DNA from: Thermoanaerobaculia bacterium
GTDB taxonomy: Bacteria > Acidobacteriota > Thermoanaerobaculia > Gp7-AA8
Direction of reading: 5' to 3'
DNA: 64,000 bases
Assembly (NCBI GenBank): GCA_035629395.1
Contig: DASPHZ010000079.1
Location: 693 to 64,692, forward strand
A program made the position numbers and the translations under genes. The first letter of the stretch is position 1; the number at the start of each line of letters is the position of its first letter. Of this stretch, positions 57,975 through 64,000 are shown piece by piece. The notes under the pieces are model-generated. The model was not told where the DNA came from, did no database searches, and worked only from the letters and a program-made list of their open reading frames with translations.

Positions 57975-60152
57975 GTGAAGATTGTCGTCCGCGCCGTAAT
58001 CAGTGTGTCCACGCTTCTCCTGATCGACTTTTCCGCCGCAGCGGCGAGCCTTCGCGCGCCGGCGGTTACTTCGATCTATCCGCCATCCGGCGCGACCGCC
58101 GGTGGCACGCTGGTCACAATTCGCGGGACGTACTTTCAGGCGGGTGCGACGGTTTCGATCGGTGGGGCGCCTCTCGTCGACCTCACCTACGAGGGCAACG
58201 GCATCATCAAGGGCACGACCACTGCGCGCATCCGCGGGACCGTGAACGTCGTGGTAACAAACCCGCCTCCGAACGGCGTGAGTGCGCGCCTGTTGAAGGC
58301 GTTCACCTATACCGACGGCACTTGCTGCGAGTATCCGCGTTTCACCACGCTGGCCCTGGCCGGGGCATCGACGCAACCGCCGCCGTCGGTCGTCGTCGGC
58401 GCATTTGCGGGAGTTCCGAACAGCATCGTCGCTCCGGCGTTCGACTTCATTTCCCTCTTCGAGGGTAACGGAACCCACGCATTCACGCCGGTGCAGAAGT
58501 TCGACAGCGACGCGAACTATTCTGCGACGGAGGTGCTGGACATCAACGGTGACAGCGTCGAGGACGTCGCGCTCGCGGCGCTCGGAGGAAACGTCGTCAC
58601 GTTCCTCGGTGACGCTGAAACGCCCCTGGCAGACTCGCGAACCGCGCCGAGCACCGCGTTCGCTTTCGCGCTCGACAGCGGTGACTTCAACGGTGACGGT
58701 GTGCCCGATCTCGTGATCCCCGACCATGCGACGGGCAATGTGAACATCTGCCTCGGAAATCTGGGTGGAGGCGGATGTGCGGCGACGAACACGTATGCCG
58801 TCTGCACGGCGCCGTCCGGTGTGACCACGGGGGACTTCAACGGCGACAAGCATGTCGATATCGCCGTCAGTGACGATTTGGAGCGTGCGGTCACGATTCT
58901 CCTCGGCAATGGAACCGGCTCGTTCGAGGTCGGGCCGCCCATTCCCGCCGGCACGCCGGCAACGAACGTAATGGGTCTTGCTGCAGGGTACCTCGACGAC
59001 AACGGCATTCTCGACCTGGCCGTCTCGACCGGTGCGATCCTGCTCGGCAACGGCGACGGCACCTTCACCGCTGGAACACCGCTTCCGCTGACCAGCGGAC
59101 GCCATGTAGCCGTCAGTGATTTCAATCGCGACGGAAAGCGCGACATCGCCATCGATACATCACGTGCCGCGGTGCACGTCCTGCTCGGCAACGGTCAAGG
59201 CGGCTTTGTGCAAGGACCGACCATTCAGGCAGTGGGTGGTTTCTACGATGCCTTCGCACCCTTCGACATCGAAGGAGACGGCATGGTCGACCTTGCGATT
59301 GGCGGCGCGCCCGTCGTCGCGAGGAACGTCATCGCGACCTGTCCCGCCATCACGGTCAATCCCTCGGCACTGCCGCTGGGCACGGTCGATCAGACGTACG
59401 ATTTCACGTTCACACAGAGCGGCGGCGAAGGCCCGATCACATTCACACTTTCGGGCGCGCTGCCGCAGGGGCTGGCGTTCGCGGGTGGAACGCTCAGCGG
59501 CACACCGGCGCAGGCGGGGTCGTATCCGATCAGCGTCACTGCGGCTGACGCGAATGGCTGCTGGTCGACCCGCGCCTACACGCTCGCAATCAACGGTGAG
59601 TGTGCGAGCAATCTAGTGGCCGTCGCCACGGCTGCGGCCTCCGTGCGCTTGTCATGGACAGGCGTGAGCGGCGCGACGTCCTATCAGGTCTGGCGCCGCT
59701 CGGCTGGCCAGATCGACGCTCATGTCGCATCTACGTCGGCGACGCAGTACGACGAGGTGGTGGAGACAGGGAAAACGTACGTTTACTACGTTCGGGCGGT
59801 AATCGGTACGCAGGTGACCTGTCCGAGCAATACCGACATTGCAACGACGGTCGTGTTCACCGATCCGCAGATCGTTCCGGGAGTGACGCCCGTGAAAGCC
59901 GTGCACATTCCGCAAATGCGCCTGGCGGTCAATGCGGTTCGCGCTGCGGCCGGACTGACCGCGGCGTCATTCTCGAGCATCGGCGTCGGGAGCACAATCA
60001 GGACGGCGCATATCCACGAGCTCCGTAGCGCATTGAGTCCGGCGCGTGCGAGCCTTGGACTCGCGGTCATCGATTTTACGGATACACCGCTGACGGCGAT
60101 GACGCCGATCCGCGCGGTGCATCTGACGGAGCTGCGAAACGGCGTGCAGTAA
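57975..60152 (+). CDS. secreted IPT/TIG, FG-GAP beta-propeller, Ig-like, FN3 protein with triple AVHxxELR C-terminal module (paralogue 3)
   Basis: GTG start after GGAGGTCCA. IPT: PAVTSIYPPSGATAGGTLVTIRGTYF. Six or more FG-GAP repeats (GDFNGDG.PD). He_PIG-like Ig. FN3 SWTGVSGATSYQVWR. Confidence 0.85.
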   Translation: MKIVVRAVISVSTLLLIDFSAAAASLRAPAVTSIYPPSGATAGGTLVTIRGTYFQAGATVSIGGAPLVDLTYEGNGIIKGTTTARIRGTVNVVVTNPPPNGVSARLLKAFTYTDGTCCEYPRFTTLALAGASTQPPPSVVVGAFAGVPNSIVAPAFDFISLFEGNGTHAFTPVQKFDSDANYSATEVLDINGDSVEDVALAALGGNVVTFLGDAETPLADSRTAPSTAFAFALDSGDFNGDGVPDLVIPDHATGNVNICLGNLGGGGCAATNTYAVCTAPSGVTTGDFNGDKHVDIAVSDDLERAVTILLGNGTGSFEVGPPIPAGTPATNVMGLAAGYLDDNGILDLAVSTGAILLGNGDGTFTAGTPLPLTSGRHVAVSDFNRDGKRDIAIDTSRAAVHVLLGNGQGGFVQGPTIQAVGGFYDAFAPFDIEGDGMVDLAIGGAPVVARNVIATCPAITVNPSALPLGTVDQTYDFTFTQSGGEGPITFTLSGALPQGLAFAGGTLSGTPAQAGSYPISVTAADANGCWSTRAYTLAINGECASNLVAVATAAASVRLSWTGVSGATSYQVWRRSAGQIDAHVASTSATQYDEVVETGKTYVYYVRAVIGTQVTCPSNTDIATTVVFTDPQIVPGVTPVKAVHIPQMRLAVNAVRAAAGLTAASFSSIGVGSTIRTAHIHELRSALSPARASLGLAVIDFTDTPLTAMTPIRAVHLTELRNGVQ

Positions 60153-60281
60153 GAGCAGCATCAGTTTGCGCATGGTGGCTAAACGTAAATCGACTGCGCG
60201 GACCGAAGAGTTCCTGATTTCTCGCCTTCCATGGGTAAGGAATCACGACCTGGCGACACTCCTTCAGTGGAGGTCCATCCC

Positions 60282-62455
60282 GTGAAGACTGTCTTCCGCT
60301 TCGGCATCGCGGTGTCCGTGCTGTTCCTGTGCGTATTTTCCGTTGCCGCTGCGAATCAGCGCGTGCCCGCGGTCACCGTCATCTATCCGCCGTATGGTTC
60401 GGTGGAGGGTGGCACGGTTGTGACGATCCATGGGACCTACTTTCAAGGTGTTCCCTCCGTGGTGATCGGCGGTGTGCCGCTCACGAACGTCGTCCGCAAG
60501 TCTGCCGGCGAAATCACGGGAACAACCGGAGCTCGGATGCGTGGGACCGTCACACTCGTCGTCACCAATCCGGATGGTGCGAACGCTCGCCTCCTCAAGG
60601 GGTTTACCTATACAGATGGTGCCTGCTGCGAATACCCGAGGTTTACCACCACGGCGCTGACCGGCGCTTCACAGCAGCCGCCGCCTTCCGTCGCCGTCGG
60701 TACATTTACCGGACTCTGGAATAGTCCGGTCTTTCCTGCCTTCGATTTCATTTCACTATTCGTCGGCGACGCCTCTCCCGACTTCACGCCCGTCCGGAAG
60801 TTCGATAGCAACGCGAACTTTTCCGCAACCGAGGTGCTGGACATGAATGGCGACAGCATCGAGGACGTAGCCATGGCGGCCCTCGGTGGCGATGTCCTTA
60901 CCCTGCTTGGCGATCGGACGGACCCGTTCTCGGACTCGCGAATCGCGCCCAGCACTGCCGTCGCTTTCGCGCTCGACAGCGGCGATTCAACGGGGATGGC
61001 GTCCCCGATCTCGTCATCCCCGACCATGAATCCGGCAACGTCAACATCTGCCTCGGCAATCTCGGCGGTGGCGGATGCGCCGCGACGATCACCTACGCCG
61101 TCTGCATGGCGCCGTCCGGCGTCACGACCGGTGACTTTGACAACGACGCGCATCTCGATATCGCCGTGAGCGACGATGAGGCAGGCGTTGTCACGATCCT
61201 TCTCGGCAGCGGAACCGGATCGTTCGAAATCGGACCGCCCATAGCCGCGGGCACGCCGGCGACCCCGGTGATGGGTCTCGCGGCTGGTTATCTCAATGCT
61301 GACGCGAGCCTCGATCTCGCCGTTTCAACGGGTGCCGTGCTGCTGGGAAACGGCGACGGCACGTTCCTCGCCGGCACACCACTCCCATTCACCAGCGGAC
61401 GTCATGTCGCCATCAGCGATTTCAATCGCGACGGCTATCGCGATATCGCCATCGACAGCCCACAGACGGCGGTGCACACGATGTTGGGCGATGGCCACGG
61501 CGGCTTCGTGCGGGGGCCGACGGTGCAGGCAGCGGGTGGTCTCTACGACGCCTTTGCCATCTTTGATATCGAAGGCGATGGGATGGTCGATCTGGCCATC
61601 GGCGGGTCTCCAGTCGTGGCGCGTAACGTCATCGCCACCTGTCCCACCATCACGATGAATCCCTCCAGTCTTCCGGCAGCGACGGTCGGTGAGACGTATC
61701 CCTCCGTCACATTCGCACAGAGCGGCGGCAGCGGTGCGATCACGTACAAACTCACGGGTACGCTGCCGAACGGGATGTCCTTCGCGGGAGGAACGCTCAG
61801 CGGCACGCCGGGGCAGGTGGGGGAGTATCCGCTCGTTGTGACTGCCGCTGATGCGAATGGCTGCTGGACACGAAAAGAATACGTGCTGACGGTCACCGGG
61901 ACCTGTCCGATGAATCTTGTGGCTGCCGCTGCAGGTGCGGGCTCAGTGCAGTTGTCGTGGACTGGCGTGAGCGGCGCGACGTCTTATCAAGTCTGGCGCA
62001 GCTCGTTGGGACAGGCGGCGACGCACATCGCCTCGCCATTGACGAACGAATATGACGATACGACAGCCGCCAACAGGACCTACGTGTACTACGTTCGCGC
62101 GGTTACGGGTGCGCAGGTCTCCTGTCCGAGCAACTTCGAGATTGCCACGACGATCGCCTTCTCAGATCCGGTCATCACCGCGGACAACACAGTGGTGAAG
62201 CTCGTGCAATTCACGCAATTGCAAAGCGCCGTGAATGCAGTACGCGCAGCGGCGGGGCTAGACCCCGCCTCTTTTTCGAGCATCACCGTCGGGAGCAGAA
62301 TCAGAACGGCGCACGTCCACGAGCTTCGCAGCGCGCTCACGCCGGCACGCGCGATCCTCGGTTTGCCCGCGATCAGCTTCACCGATCAACCGCTGACCGC
62401 TGCAACGCCCATCCGCGCAGTGCATCTCACGGAGTTGCGCAATGGGGTGAAGTGA
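60282..62455 (+). pseudogene. paralogue 4 of the IPT/FG-GAP/FN3 family, interrupted by a 1-nt deletion at about 60986
   Basis: ORFs 60231..61169 and 61106..62455 are collinear with 57975..60152. The frame changes inside GD-FNGDG (GGCGAT-TCAAC versus GGTGACTTCAAC in the paralogue). GTG start at 60282 after GGAGGTCCA. Confidence 0.8.
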
Positions 62456-62880
62456 TGCGGGTTACTCGATGGGCCCGCAGGCCGAACTCCGACGCCGAGG
62501 ACCGCGAAGTCCGGATTTTCAGGCGTGATCGCGATGGCATCGAGGGTGCGCGCTGGAGCAGGAGTGCTGCTGCCGCGACATCGAATTGCCCATCGCTCGC
62601 AGCACGAGCGTTCGGCGTTCGCGATCCCGCCGCACTTCTCTCGAGACGCGCTGACGCAGGGAGGATCTCGGCGGTTCGGCTCCGTGAGCGTGTCGATGGC
62701 AGAACGATCCGACTACGTAGATCTGCTGCCGGTGACCGGCGAACACGCAGTCACGTCGTCACGCCATCGGGGACTTCCCCCCGAAGACCGCGGCCATCGG
62801 CGGCGGGTGGTGGGGCACCGTACGGCGCGTGGTCGGCCCGCGCTGAGCGGCACGCTCGTCTCCGTCAGCCTCTGCCGTAA

Positions 62881-62897
62881 CGGCACCGTGGTTGCAT
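62881..62897 (+). promoter_or_regulatory. sigma-54 (-24/-12) promoter CGGCAC-CGTGG-TTGCAT
   Basis: GG at 62882-83 and GC at 62894-95 give exact spacing. The -12 element is perfect. It lies about 105 nt upstream of the poly-HAMP gene ATG. Confidence 0.55.
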
Positions 62898-63000
62898 AGC
62901 CCTCATCTCCAAGACTGATTGCCCTCGGGGCCGTCCAGCCGAACTCGCTTTCAAACACAACTGAATACGTCGTACGCTCCACGGAGGGAGAACCGCGGTT

Positions 63001-64000
<1,000 letters not shown>

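Noticed and set aside
55767-62455. Prophage or integrative element
   Set aside because: Only a CI-like repressor and a TA pair are present. There is no integrase, excisionase, structural gene, replication gene or att repeat within the window.
62452-62982. ORFs 62452..62880 (+), 62525..62899 (+), 62519..62746 (-) and 62713..62982 (-) as genes
   Set aside because: They have no motifs, Arg/Ser-rich composition, mutually overlapping frames, and no RBS. The region is treated as non-coding or regulatory.

Overview
High-GC (roughly 68-70%) bacterial chromosomal window with about 55 protein-coding genes and no rRNA, tRNA or CRISPR. The gene content suggests an Acidobacteria- or Gemmatimonadetes-like soil bacterium, but that is inference only.

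Layout:
- 1-24 kb: mostly housekeeping and metabolic genes. These include TrmB, a CPBP protease, a TonB-C protein, ChrA, MFS, amidase, SGNH, CbiX, a Ser/Thr kinase, LLM oxidoreductase, DOPA-dioxygenase, pirin, AKR, MBL and pgm.
- 24-39 kb: accessory genes.
  - A repeat-rich intergenic region lies upstream of a lipoprotein/OMP pair.
  - A BlaI / M56 (BlaR1-like) / serine-hydrolase operon abuts a decayed lipoxygenase gene.
  - A 1227-aa secreted metalloprotease is followed by two tandem paralogous beta-propeller/Ig/FN3 proteins.
- 39-45 kb: a TetR-controlled TolC-HlyD-ABC-ABC-permease efflux operon.
- 45-49 kb: miscellaneous hydrolases.
- 50-56 kb: a compact unit with a sigma-54-type promoter, a secreted GH8-like protein, a Hanks kinase and an FHA-domain AAA+ enhancer-binding protein.
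- 56.5-62.5 kb: an S24 repressor, a VapBC pair, and two tandem IPT/FG-GAP/FN3 paralogues, the second frameshifted.
- 63.0 kb to the window end: a poly-HAMP sensor gene that is absent from the supplied ORF track because it has no stop codon in the window.

Most notable observations:
1. Four large secreted proteins, in two tandem pairs, share a C-terminal FN3 plus triple AVHxxELR module that I cannot assign to a named family.
2. The kinase / FHA-EBP / sigma-54 unit, whose EBP has a degenerate GAFTGA loop, plus two further sigma-54-type promoters.
3. Heptanucleotide repeat arrays at two loci.
4. A lipoxygenase remnant truncated exactly at the blaI operator.

Many long Arg/Ala-rich antisense ORFs in the track are high-GC artefacts and were not called.
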